From Candidatus Latescibacterota bacterium (GTDB lineage: Bacteria; JAAXHH01), in contig JAJEAN010000006.1 of the NCBI GenBank assembly GCA_022822725.1, forward strand, positions 105,850 through 169,849: a stretch of DNA of 64,000 nucleotides, read 5' to 3'. This document shows, one piece after another, positions 8,681 through 17,459 of the stretch (positions are counted from its first letter, which is position 1; the number at the start of each line of letters is the position of its first letter). The notes below the pieces were generated by a model that saw nothing but the letters and a program-made list of their open reading frames with translations, searched no databases and had not been told where the DNA came from. The position numbers and the translations under genes were made by a program.

Positions 8681-9697
8681 CTACCCCCATATCAGCGCCA
8701 CTTCTACGGCCAGGTCAGGGTGGCCTTCGATCAGTTCGAGGGCTTCGGCGGCACGATGCACGGGGAACACGTGGGTCAGCAGGGGACGCAGCCTGACGGC
8801 GCCGATGCCCACGAGTTTCAGGCCCCGGTCCACCAGGCTGGGGGTTTCAATGGGCTGTTCGCGGCCCATGATAAGTTGCAGGGATCGCTCCGACCAATCC
8901 CGGATGTCGATGGATACGGAGTGGGGATCGGCTTTCAGGACGACGAGCTTCCCGCAAGGCCGCAGCACCGCCGCGCACTGGGCAAAGGAAGTCCCGTTGC
9001 CGGCGCATTCAAGGCACACGTCCACACCCTGGCCGCCGGTCCGGTCCAGGACACGCCGTTGGACGTCCTCCGTGGAGGCGTTGATCAGGGTGTCCGCACC
9101 GGTATCCGCCGCCCGCTGCAGGCGCTTCGCGTGCAGGTCCGACACGATCACGGCCGAGGCGCCCGATATGGCAGCCACCTGCGTACCAAGCAAACCGGTG
9201 GTCCCCGCGCCGCTGACGAAAACGGTTCTGCCCTTCACCTCGGCCCGTTCGATACCCTTGAGTATCGTCGGCATCAGGCCGGCGATGGCGCCTTCTTCGT
9301 AACTGACGCCTTGCGGCAACTTTATGACATGGTGCGCCGGCACACCGCGGTATTCCGAAATGCCGCCTTCGGTATGACAGGCAACGACCCGGTCACCCGG
9401 GCTGAGCGCATTCACGCGCCGGCCCGACGAATCCACGCGCCGGCCGGACGAATCCACAAGCCGGCCGGTGGACTCGATGACGCCCGTGAAACTATGGCTG
9501 ATGGCCCCGAGGACACCGGCGTCGGCCGATTTCGAACCGGCGTCGGCCGATTTCGAACCGGCGCCGCCATCGGCGTTACCCCGGCGCGACAGTACGCATG
9601 CCCGAACCTTGACCAGTACTTCCCCGTCGTTGCAGGCCGGCACGGGCCCGCCGGATACCTCGGGATTGTCCTCCGCATCCAGCGTCATAGTTTGCAT
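8681..9697 (-). CDS. MDR-superfamily (zinc-ADH-like) oxidoreductase that apparently lacks the zinc ligands and carries two in-frame 21-bp repeat insertions
   Basis: Rossmann motif VFVSGAGTTGLLG and the overall ADH_N/ADH_zinc_N layout are present. Expected zinc ligands are replaced (ACVLS instead of CGICGSD, SHS instead of GHE) and the structural-zinc loop is absent. Confidence 0.7.
   Translation of the reverse strand: MQTMTLDAEDNPEVSGGPVPACNDGEVLVKVRACVLSRRGNADGGAGSKSADAGSKSADAGVLGAISHSFTGVIESTGRLVDSSGRRVDSSGRRVNALSPGDRVVACHTEGGISEYRGVPAHHVIKLPQGVSYEEGAIAGLMPTILKGIERAEVKGRTVFVSGAGTTGLLGTQVAAISGASAVIVSDLHAKRLQRAADTGADTLINASTEDVQRRVLDRTGGQGVDVCLECAGNGTSFAQCAAVLRPCGKLVVLKADPHSVSIDIRDWSERSLQLIMGREQPIETPSLVDRGLKLVGIGAVRLRPLLTHVFPVHRAAEALELIEGHPDLAVEVALIWG
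9413..9475 (-). repeat. 3 x 21-bp in-frame tandem repeat inside the MDR oxidoreductase (RLVDSSG RRVDSSG RRV...)
   Basis: Plus-strand units cacgcgccggcccgacgaatc / cacgcgccggccggacgaatc / cacaagccggccggtggactc. Confidence 0.9.
9516..9557 (-). repeat. 2 x 21-bp perfect in-frame tandem repeat inside the MDR oxidoreductase (GSKSADA x2)
   Basis: ccggcgtcggccgatttcgaa occurs twice back to back, plus a partial third copy. Confidence 0.95.
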
Positions 9698-9762
9698 GGC
9701 GGCCTCTTCGTCATAATAAGGGTGTGCGGCCTGCCTCCGGCCCCGGCGGGCCGGACTGTGGA

Positions 9763-10695
9763 CTACCAGTATTCCTCGAAATGAATGTTGCCCTTGTCCC
9801 GGCGATGATCCGCCTTGAATCCACGGGATTCGAGCAGTTCCACCATGCCGGTGGGCGTGGGGTACGACTTGTCGCCCTCCCTGGTATAGGTGGGCACGCC
9901 GATCATGTCGGGGTTTCCGCAGATGTACACGTGGGTCCTTTCAGGATCCAGGACGATACCGGTCTGTTTTTCCATTTCCCCGGTCCTTACCAGATCCTGT
10001 ATATACACCTTGCGGTCGAGGTTGTGGGATTCCCGGGTGGTCAGCGTGATGTAATGGTAGTTCGGATGCAGGTGTTCCAGGCGCTCGTTGGTGGACTGGT
10101 AACCCAGGTCCCGGGCGTACCGCACGCAGACCACCGAAATGATCTTCGGCTTGTGGCCGTTGCGCATGAGTTCGGCGATCATGCAGTTGTGGGGCGCCTC
10201 GCCGGTGCCGGTCGCGGCGAAGATGACCTGGTCGTCCGGACCGACGTGATCCAGGTTGTAATGGCCGGTCACCTTCGGCCCCATCCAGAGCCGGTCGCCT
10301 TCCTTCAGCATCCACAGCCTCGGCGTAAGGGAGGGGTCCTGGCCTTCCTCGCCGTCACGGGCCACGAGCGTGATGTAGAACTCGTAGTAATCCATGTCCG
10401 CCGGATCCATCAATTGGCGGGGATCGTCCTCGTACATGGGAAAGGACATGGAGTAGGCGCGTCGGACGAGTTTCGACTTGAGGTTCTCGTTAACGTCCTC
10501 GTTATGTTCGGGATCGTTGGTCGGTTCCCAGTCACCCAGGCCGAGTGTGGTGTATTGCCCGGGCTTGTACGGTGGCAGTTCCTCGTCCGGTTTCACCCGG
10601 ATGATCCAGAGTTCGGGGTTCAGTTCATGGATTTCGGTCAGCGTGGCGTTATAGTGTTGCTCCCTTAAGGCCCTGATCTCTTCTGACGTATGCAT
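9763..10695 (-). CDS. Ferredoxin-NADP+ reductase (FNR family)
   Basis: FAD-binding GQYTTLGL, NADP-binding FAATGTGEAPHNCM, and C-terminal aromatic ...FEEYW. The ATG at 10695 is preferred over the TTG at 10755. Confidence 0.8.
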   Translation of the reverse strand: MHTSEEIRALREQHYNATLTEIHELNPELWIIRVKPDEELPPYKPGQYTTLGLGDWEPTNDPEHNEDVNENLKSKLVRRAYSMSFPMYEDDPRQLMDPADMDYYEFYITLVARDGEEGQDPSLTPRLWMLKEGDRLWMGPKVTGHYNLDHVGPDDQVIFAATGTGEAPHNCMIAELMRNGHKPKIISVVCVRYARDLGYQSTNERLEHLHPNYHYITLTTRESHNLDRKVYIQDLVRTGEMEKQTGIVLDPERTHVYICGNPDMIGVPTYTREGDKSYPTPTGMVELLESRGFKADHRRDKGNIHFEEYW

Positions 10696-10777
10696 GTATA
10701 CCTGCCGTATCTCCAAGTTCAGGCAAAGGTGAACAAACGAGGGATAAGCGGCCAACCGACCGGTACGCGGGGACCGC

Positions 10778-13700
10778 CTAGAAATCGGCTCCGATCGTAA
10801 AGAAAAACTGGGTGTCGTTCAGCGCATGCCTCAGCCGGTACGAACGCGTGCCCGGGAACTCCGACTCGAGTCCCCTTGGTACGTTGGCCAGGTTTTCGTT
10901 GTTGTACCATGAAGGCCGCTTTCCCAGGTCGAATTGGCGGGCGATATCGAACTTCAGGATCAGGAAGCCGACACGCGAGCGCATGCCGATGCCGTAGGCC
11001 ACCGCAAGCGGCCCGCCCGAAAGCTCTTCCATCGTGCGGGGTCCCAGGCCGTCGTCCCGCACCAGGCTGCCGTCGACGAACTGGCCCACGTTGGGATAGC
11101 CGGCATACTGGTTGGCCTGGGTGGAACTGGTGGTCTGGTCCCAGGTGGCGCCCGCGTCCACGAACAGCGAACCGCGGATCTGCTGGAAGGCCAGCGGAAG
11201 CGGCCAGCCGAAGGCGAGGACCTCGATCAGGGGAAACCGGAATTCGGCGTTGACCAGCGCGACCTTGCTCCCCCAGACGGACCAGTAGTCCGCCCCGCGG
11301 AAGTTGAAGGGACCGCCGAAAGGATACAGTTCCTGGTCTCGCCCGTCGCTGCTCAGTCCGTACAGCCGGAAGGCGAAGGCGTAACGCTGCAGTACATTGT
11401 AGTAGGCGCGGTAGTCGACGATGACCCGCGTGAACTGCAGTTCACCGAACGTCGGCGTCACTTCGACGCGGCCCCGGGCGCCGGCGATCGGACCGGTCAC
11501 TCCGTACAGCGTGTGATCCGTGACCAGGGCGGCGGTGGGCTGGATGAAATTGACGCTTCCCAGGCTGCCGCGCCTGTTCCGCCGGATTCCGAAGTAATTG
11601 AAACTGACGTCCACCAGTTCACGGGAACGGTTGACACCCTGGATTCCCAGCTCGAACCGGTTGAACTTGCTGAAGGGGCGGCTCAGGTAGAACTGGACGC
11701 CGCGGTTGATCTGGGTCGTCACCTGGGATATCCAGGGACTCTGGTAGGAGCGGAACAGGTCGTAGCTGTACTGGAAAGCTGCCACGCTCCAGTTGATGCG
11801 CCGCGTCAGATTGGTGTACTGAAGCAGCAGGTTCGCGTCCGTCAGGGATCCGAAAACGTTGGCTCCGACGAGAATCTTGTGGTTGTTCAGTATGTCGCTG
11901 AAGGAAAGGACGGAACTGCCCACGAGTCCGACGTGCGTAGAGTACCCCGCGTTCCCCCCCAGGTAGTCCAGGCCGAAACGGGGGGAGTATTTCCGTTTCT
12001 TGAACGTACCGTCGGTCCAGGCAGTGGTATCGGGCAACTCGCCCCCGGGACCGATACCCCCGGCCACGGGTCCGAACGGGAACTGCGGCGTCTCCAGGAG
12101 GTCGGAACCCGTATAGGATTCGGAGTCCTCTCCGGGTACGGCCGGATCCGCGGACGCGGCCGGATCCGCGGGCGAGGACGGATCCACGGGCGAGGCCGGC
12201 ACCGCGGCGGACGTCGTGTCCGGCGGCGCGGTAAGCACGGTCTGGATCGTGGTCACCTTTTCCCGTTCCGGGGTCGCGGACGGCTGTCCCGACCCGGACG
12301 CGGATTCCGGAGAACCGGACGGTGCCGCGTCATCGGCGACGGCGGGTGATTCCGACGAGTCCTCCGCGTCACCGGCGACAGCGGATTCGTCCGACGAGTC
12401 CTCCGCGTCACCCGAGACGGTTTCTTCCGAAGATCCTTCCGCGTCACCGGCAACGGTGGATTCTTCCGGTGGCTGGGTTCTCAGGGGCGGCGCCAGTTGC
12501 TGCGCATCGGGCGACGCACCGGGCATCGCCGCCTTTTCGTGGTCATAGGGTTCCTTCATCAAAGACACCGGGTCGCTGATGGCAAACAGGTCGAACCCCC
12601 CCCAGGACAGGGCGGAGAAGATCAGGCGGTCCGACTTCTGCGCCCAGCTGATGGCGGGTCCGGCCGCCGTTACGTTGGTCACCCCGGTCAGTACGTTGGT
12701 AATCTGGTAGGTCTCGCCGCTCTCCATGTCCCGGATAAAAATGTTGGACACGCCGGTGCGATTGGAAATGAACGCGATTTTGCTGCCGTCCGCGGACCAT
12801 TGCGGCGATATGCTCTTGCCGATCTGGTCCGGAACCTTCTCGACCGTTCCCTTGTCCAGATCGTACAGCGCCAGCTGCTGATATCCGAAGGTGAGCGTCC
12901 GGAAATCGGTCACGTCGCCCCGGTCCGTGGAAAAGGCGATCGTCTTGCCGTCCGGCGACCATACGGGATCCCGGTCCGTATACCGGTCCGAGGTAAGGGC
13001 TTTCAGGTTCCCGCCCTCCGCATCCACCACGTACAGGTCGGACTGCCCTCCCTGGAGACCGACGAAGACCAGCTTCTTGCCGTCCGGCGACCAGCTCGGC
13101 GACGTGGCGCCGTCGAGATTGACCTTGATGCGCCGGATCACCTTTTTGCTTCTGACGTCCATGACATACAGGGCGTCCCGGGCCCCCACCTTCGCGGGGA
13201 AGGCGATATACCGCTCATCGGGCGACCAGGAAATGGACGTGGAGAAGAAACGGAGGGACTCGAAATCGGCCGATCGCTCGCCTTCGACGAGTTTGGAAAT
13301 GACCTCGCCGTTGATGGCGGAGGCAAGATAGATATCGTTGTACAGGCTTCGGTTGGAAATGAAGACCATCTTGTCGCCCCGCGGCGAAATCGCAGGAGCG
13401 AGATGCAATCCCGCCCTGGATTCACGTACGTCGGTCAGTTGCCGGGCGAAGGCCTGCGGCTTCTCGTAGTCCTCGATCTGCGGCAGGTAGGTTTTCCGCA
13501 CGTGCTCGTTCCACTCGTCGGAAAGTCGCTCTATGTCCTTGCCGATGGACGAGCGGAAGGCTTCGTTCACGTTTCGCATGCGGGCCGTCTTGCGGAGTAT
13601 CTCGCCGATCTTCCGATCTCCGTACCGGTCGCCGATGTAGGCGAACAGCGCCTGGCCGAACCGGTAGACCCCGAAACTGTAGTCCATGGCGGGGATGGTC

Positions 13701-14308
13701 GGGGGCAGATAGCCCTGCAGCGCGGCGTCGCGCAGCCACATGTGCGTATAGGCGTCAATGCGGCCGAGTGAGAGGTATTCGGCCATGCCCTCCATGAACC
13801 ACAGCGGGGCGACGAAGGCCATGGGATTCAGGATGGAGACCCCCGGACCCGCGCCGTAAAGCACGTCTCCCTGGAAGGCGTGAACGAGTTCGTGGGTAAG
13901 AACGTGCTCCAGCTCCGCGTAGGATCCCGTGAAAGGCAGCAGTATGCGGTTCTTGTTGAATTCCGTCACCCCGCCGGTGCCCTCGCTGATGAAGCCGGAC
14001 AGGACGTTGGTCTGCTGGAAATCGGTATGGGAGGCGTACAGGATGATCGGGATCTTGTCGCTGAACCGGTGCTGCAGGATGCGGCTCAGGCGGTTATACG
14101 AACGCTCCGCCATCCTGGCGGCATCGTAGGCGGCCTCTTCCTCTCCCTGGTAGAAGTAGATTTCGAAGTGGGGCGTGGAGATGATTTCCCACTGGAAGTC
14201 GCGGTACTGAACCTTGTTCCGACCGAAGTATTCTCCCTGCGCGAACACGGCCGAAGGCGTGGCCAGCAGGCACAAAATCGCCAATACATACCGCAACCGA
14301 TGTGACAT
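10778..14308 (-). CDS. Fusion protein: signal peptide + MA-clan metallopeptidase (HExxH) + PD40/TolB-like beta-propeller + acidic low-complexity linker + Omp85/surface-antigen (D15) beta-barrel
   Basis: HExxH motif in HVLTHELVHAF. At least 5 PD40 repeats (SPRGDKMVF, SPDERYIAF, SPDGKKLVF, SPDGKTIAF, SADGSKIAF). Omp85 barrel motifs PFNFRGADY, VNAEFRFPL, LFVDAGATW, GIGMRSRVGFLILKFDIA, and terminal ...TIGADF. SD AAGGAG lies 8 nt before the ATG at 14308. Confidence 0.75.
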   Translation of the reverse strand: MSHRLRYVLAILCLLATPSAVFAQGEYFGRNKVQYRDFQWEIISTPHFEIYFYQGEEEAAYDAARMAERSYNRLSRILQHRFSDKIPIILYASHTDFQQTNVLSGFISEGTGGVTEFNKNRILLPFTGSYAELEHVLTHELVHAFQGDVLYGAGPGVSILNPMAFVAPLWFMEGMAEYLSLGRIDAYTHMWLRDAALQGYLPPTIPAMDYSFGVYRFGQALFAYIGDRYGDRKIGEILRKTARMRNVNEAFRSSIGKDIERLSDEWNEHVRKTYLPQIEDYEKPQAFARQLTDVRESRAGLHLAPAISPRGDKMVFISNRSLYNDIYLASAINGEVISKLVEGERSADFESLRFFSTSISWSPDERYIAFPAKVGARDALYVMDVRSKKVIRRIKVNLDGATSPSWSPDGKKLVFVGLQGGQSDLYVVDAEGGNLKALTSDRYTDRDPVWSPDGKTIAFSTDRGDVTDFRTLTFGYQQLALYDLDKGTVEKVPDQIGKSISPQWSADGSKIAFISNRTGVSNIFIRDMESGETYQITNVLTGVTNVTAAGPAISWAQKSDRLIFSALSWGGFDLFAISDPVSLMKEPYDHEKAAMPGASPDAQQLAPPLRTQPPEESTVAGDAEGSSEETVSGDAEDSSDESAVAGDAEDSSESPAVADDAAPSGSPESASGSGQPSATPEREKVTTIQTVLTAPPDTTSAAVPASPVDPSSPADPAASADPAVPGEDSESYTGSDLLETPQFPFGPVAGGIGPGGELPDTTAWTDGTFKKRKYSPRFGLDYLGGNAGYSTHVGLVGSSVLSFSDILNNHKILVGANVFGSLTDANLLLQYTNLTRRINWSVAAFQYSYDLFRSYQSPWISQVTTQINRGVQFYLSRPFSKFNRFELGIQGVNRSRELVDVSFNYFGIRRNRRGSLGSVNFIQPTAALVTDHTLYGVTGPIAGARGRVEVTPTFGELQFTRVIVDYRAYYNVLQRYAFAFRLYGLSSDGRDQELYPFGGPFNFRGADYWSVWGSKVALVNAEFRFPLIEVLAFGWPLPLAFQQIRGSLFVDAGATWDQTTSSTQANQYAGYPNVGQFVDGSLVRDDGLGPRTMEELSGGPLAVAYGIGMRSRVGFLILKFDIARQFDLGKRPSWYNNENLANVPRGLESEFPGTRSYRLRHALNDTQFFFTIGADF

Positions 14309-14333
14309 TTTCGGGCTCCTTGAGGATGGACAC

Positions 14334-14362
14334 ATCTTACGACCGGCCGCTCATCGTGTCAA
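14334..14362 (-). promoter_or_regulatory. Candidate sigma70-type promoter of the peptidase-PD40-Omp85 gene
   Basis: Minus strand TTGACACG-17 nt-TAAGAT, placing the TSS about 20 nt upstream of the ATG at 14308. The -35 lies in the first unit of a 15-bp tandem duplication. Confidence 0.45.
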
Positions 14363-14384
14363 GCCAATACGTGTCAGGCCGATA
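14355..14384. repeat. 2 x 15-bp tandem repeat (cgtgtcaagccaata / cgtgtcaggccgata)
   Basis: Direct reading. One unit carries TTGACA and the other CTGACA on the minus strand. Confidence 0.85.
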
Positions 14385-14516
14385 ATGGACCGGGCCGCGC
14401 GTCCGGCACGCCGGACGGAGACAGTTAAGCGCGCGTCCGCGCACGTCCATATTGGATTGCACGAATAACCCCGAATATAGTTTCGATTTATTGGGCGAAC
14501 AGGCCTGGCAGGTCCG

Positions 14517-17291
14517 TCAGAACCGCACGGCCACGCCCGCGGAGAGCAGCCGACCGATTTCCGGGGCGCCGACAAAGGCGCGGTACTTCGCATTGAGCAG
14601 GTTGCTGGCTTCCACGCTGAAGGTGATCGCGGAGAACGCGTAGGCGGCGTTTACGTCCACTACGGCGTAGGAATCAACGGGGCCCGCGTACACGCCGTCC
14701 AGCATCGGGAAGGCGCCGCGGTAACTGACCTTGCCGCCCAGGGCCAGCGGCATCCCTGAGGGACGGAACGTAACGCCTCCACTGAGCTTGTGCTTCGGGG
14801 AATTCAAGGGGACGTCGCCGAGGTTCTCCACGTTCTCGAACAGGTTTCGGTGTATATACGAGTAACTGCCCGTAATGTGCCAGGACCGGTTGGGGAACCA
14901 GGAGAACCCCAGGTCGGCGCCGTAGACCGTGACGTCGCCGAAATTCCGGTAGGTCAGGGCGACAGCCGTCGGGTCGGACGCCTGCTCGGGGGTAACGGTA
15001 CCGAAGGGAATCATCGCGGTGCCTTCAGCCATATCGTCGATGTACCCGTTTACCTCGTCCGTGTAGTCGCCGTTTTCATTGCCTCCGAAAAGCGGCGTAT
15101 CGAGCAATGGGATCAGGGAGGCCAATTGTGCGTTCTCCGGGTCCGCCAGGTAATCTTCGATGCCCTGGCTCAAGGCACTGCGCAGGGAACTTTCGTCGAG
15201 AAACACCGAGGGCGTGAAGATCCAGAGCGGCAGGGTGTAATCGTTCATCTGCGTACGGTAGAAGTCGGCCGCGAGGACCAACCGGTTCCGGACGACGCCC
15301 TTGTATCCGAACTCGAGGGTCTGCGTGATGGTCGGCCGGATCTTGTCGACGTCCTGGACCGCCGAGACGTTATAGGGATCGAAATCCTGCGTCTCCGGGT
15401 TGAGCAGTTGCAGGTTGTTCGTCAGGCCTTCGAGACGCTCGGGTATCACGCCGGTGAACTGGGCGGCCAGTTCGGGGGTGACCAGGCCGTCGCTGCTGTC
15501 GCCCAGTTGCTTGATCAGCTCCTCGACCATGAGTTCCCGCGCGGCCCCCCACAGGATGTTGTTGGCCGCAGGATCGTCGAGACGGAGGTAGGTATCCCTG
15601 GATAGCCCCGCGACGGTGGCGAAGGGCGAACGGTACATGGGACGGCCGGTCTCGTCGCGGCGGAAGGTAAAGGGATTGCGCGCGCCGTACGACCGGATAT
15701 CGATGGCGTTGTCCGGTCCCAGCCCCAGACCGCCGAAAAACTCGCCGAACTCGAAGGCGTCGGTAACCGCCCTGAGATCCAGCGACATGGTGGTCACCGT
15801 GGGCGTGTTGAACGCCCGGTTGTAGGTGACCCTGAACGTGTTTTCCGGATTGGGCTTCATCACGACGGCCGCGCGCGGCGAGAATACCGGGTTGTCCAGC
15901 CTGCTGTGCCGGTCGAGGCGGCCGGCGAGCATCAGGCTCACCTGGTCGGTGAACCGGGTCTCGCTCTGGAGGTAGACCCCGAATTCGTCGGTGTCGTCAT
16001 CGTCCTCGTAAGCGCCGTGGATGGTCCCTTCCGTACGCGGACGGGTCAGCAGCAGGTCCACGCCGTAGATAAATTGCTGACGCAACCCGATATCCGAGGT
16101 GTTCTGCAACTGCATCACGGTAAGCGATGATTTGTCCACTATGCCATCGCCGGTGCGCAGCAACTGGGTAGCCCCCGCGTCGCTCTTGTTGTAGAAGAAC
16201 TGGCCGAACCAGCCCCTGTACTGCATGCGGCCCTGGAGATAGCTGTACACCCAGTCCTTGCCCTGGGCCGAGCCCTGGCCCGTCATCTGGATGCTGGAAC
16301 TCTTGGAATACCCGGCCGAACCGATGAACGTCAGATCCTCCGAAGGACGGACGTCGAGCCTGATTTCCCCGTACTGGCCCTCAATGTCGAGGTTGCGAGG
16401 GATGATCTCGTCGGGATCGTCGTATTCCCAGTCCCGGGCCTTCAGGTACTTCCCCGAAATCTTGAGCCCGATCATGTCGTTCAGGCTGCTGGCGTGCCGG
16501 AAGGACGCCTTCCGCAGGTTGCGTTCCCCCCCGGAGAGGGACACGAAGTTGCCTTCCGATCCGATGGGGGACCGGGAAATGATGTGCATCACGCCGTTGG
16601 AGCTGTTGGGGCCGTAGAGTGCCGAACCGGGACCGCGGACGATCTCGATGCGTTCGATGTCCTCGCTGGTGATGGGAATGATGTGGAAGGAATTGATCCG
16701 CAGCGACGGGATCCGCGCGATCCGGTTGTCCACCATCGTGAGGAGCAGGCCCGACAGCACTTTGTTGAAGCCGCGGATCACCGTACTGGCCTGTACGATG
16801 CCCGTCTTCGCGTGGTCCACGCCGCTCAGGTTCTTGATGTGTTCGTTGACGGTCAGCGCCTGGGAGTCCCGGATATCCTTCATCTCGACCACTTCGACGG
16901 ATGCCGGGGCGTCCAGCGCTTTCTCCTGCTTGCGGGAAGCCGAGACCACGACCTCCTGGCCCAGAAGCACCGTGGCGGCCAGTACGAAATCCCGTTCCGT
17001 ATGCGCGCCGCCTTGAACCAGGACCCCGGTCGCGGTGTCCGGCTCGTAACCCAGGAAAGTAACGGTGACCTCGTATTCGCCGGCGGGAAGGCCGTCTATG
17101 CGGTACATCCCCCGGTCATCGCTCGTCGTGCCCCGCAACGCTTGGATCACGGGGCTTTTCACCACGACGCTGGCCCCGAGGAGCGACGCACCGTTCTCCG
17201 AAGCGATCCTGCCGGTCAGGACGCCCGATTCCTGCGCCGCCGCCGGAATCGCCGTCATGATGACAGCCAGAATAACGCCTGCCAGTCGCAT
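14517..17291 (-). CDS. TonB-dependent receptor with N-terminal carboxypeptidase-regulatory-like domain (paralog 1)
   Basis: Signal peptide, CarbopepD_reg-like segment (GMYRIDGLPAGEYEVTVTFLGYE), plug domain (IERIEIVRGPGSALYGPNSSNGVMHI), long barrel, and terminal ...GVAVRF. Confidence 0.9.
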   Translation of the reverse strand: MRLAGVILAVIMTAIPAAAQESGVLTGRIASENGASLLGASVVVKSPVIQALRGTTSDDRGMYRIDGLPAGEYEVTVTFLGYEPDTATGVLVQGGAHTERDFVLAATVLLGQEVVVSASRKQEKALDAPASVEVVEMKDIRDSQALTVNEHIKNLSGVDHAKTGIVQASTVIRGFNKVLSGLLLTMVDNRIARIPSLRINSFHIIPITSEDIERIEIVRGPGSALYGPNSSNGVMHIISRSPIGSEGNFVSLSGGERNLRKASFRHASSLNDMIGLKISGKYLKARDWEYDDPDEIIPRNLDIEGQYGEIRLDVRPSEDLTFIGSAGYSKSSSIQMTGQGSAQGKDWVYSYLQGRMQYRGWFGQFFYNKSDAGATQLLRTGDGIVDKSSLTVMQLQNTSDIGLRQQFIYGVDLLLTRPRTEGTIHGAYEDDDDTDEFGVYLQSETRFTDQVSLMLAGRLDRHSRLDNPVFSPRAAVVMKPNPENTFRVTYNRAFNTPTVTTMSLDLRAVTDAFEFGEFFGGLGLGPDNAIDIRSYGARNPFTFRRDETGRPMYRSPFATVAGLSRDTYLRLDDPAANNILWGAARELMVEELIKQLGDSSDGLVTPELAAQFTGVIPERLEGLTNNLQLLNPETQDFDPYNVSAVQDVDKIRPTITQTLEFGYKGVVRNRLVLAADFYRTQMNDYTLPLWIFTPSVFLDESSLRSALSQGIEDYLADPENAQLASLIPLLDTPLFGGNENGDYTDEVNGYIDDMAEGTAMIPFGTVTPEQASDPTAVALTYRNFGDVTVYGADLGFSWFPNRSWHITGSYSYIHRNLFENVENLGDVPLNSPKHKLSGGVTFRPSGMPLALGGKVSYRGAFPMLDGVYAGPVDSYAVVDVNAAYAFSAITFSVEASNLLNAKYRAFVGAPEIGRLLSAGVAVRF

Positions 17292-17337
17292 GGGAACGGC
17301 TCCTTCCTGCCGGTATGATTCGAGGGGAGAATGGACC

Positions 17338-17378
17338 CCGCGCCGGCACGATTCGACCTCCGATTCGCGCCGGCGCGG
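17338..17378 (-). promoter_or_regulatory. Perfect 10-bp GC stem-loop between the two TonB-dependent receptor genes
   Basis: CCGCGCCGGC-21 nt-GCCGGCGCGG, 47-87 nt upstream of the downstream receptor ATG. There is no U-tract, and the loop contains GAATCG x2 flanking GGAGG. Confidence 0.5.
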
Positions 17379-17459
17379 ACCATCTGTTGAAACGCGCGTA
17401 ATTACTTATAGAATAAGAATATACGCGGATTTGTCAAGCGAATTACCGCCCGATGTCGC

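Noticed and set aside
17292-17459. A possible cobalamin or other riboswitch upstream of the TonB-dependent receptor genes.
   Set aside because: I saw no B12 box (GCCACTG-like) or other riboswitch core that I recognise. Only a simple GC hairpin is present.
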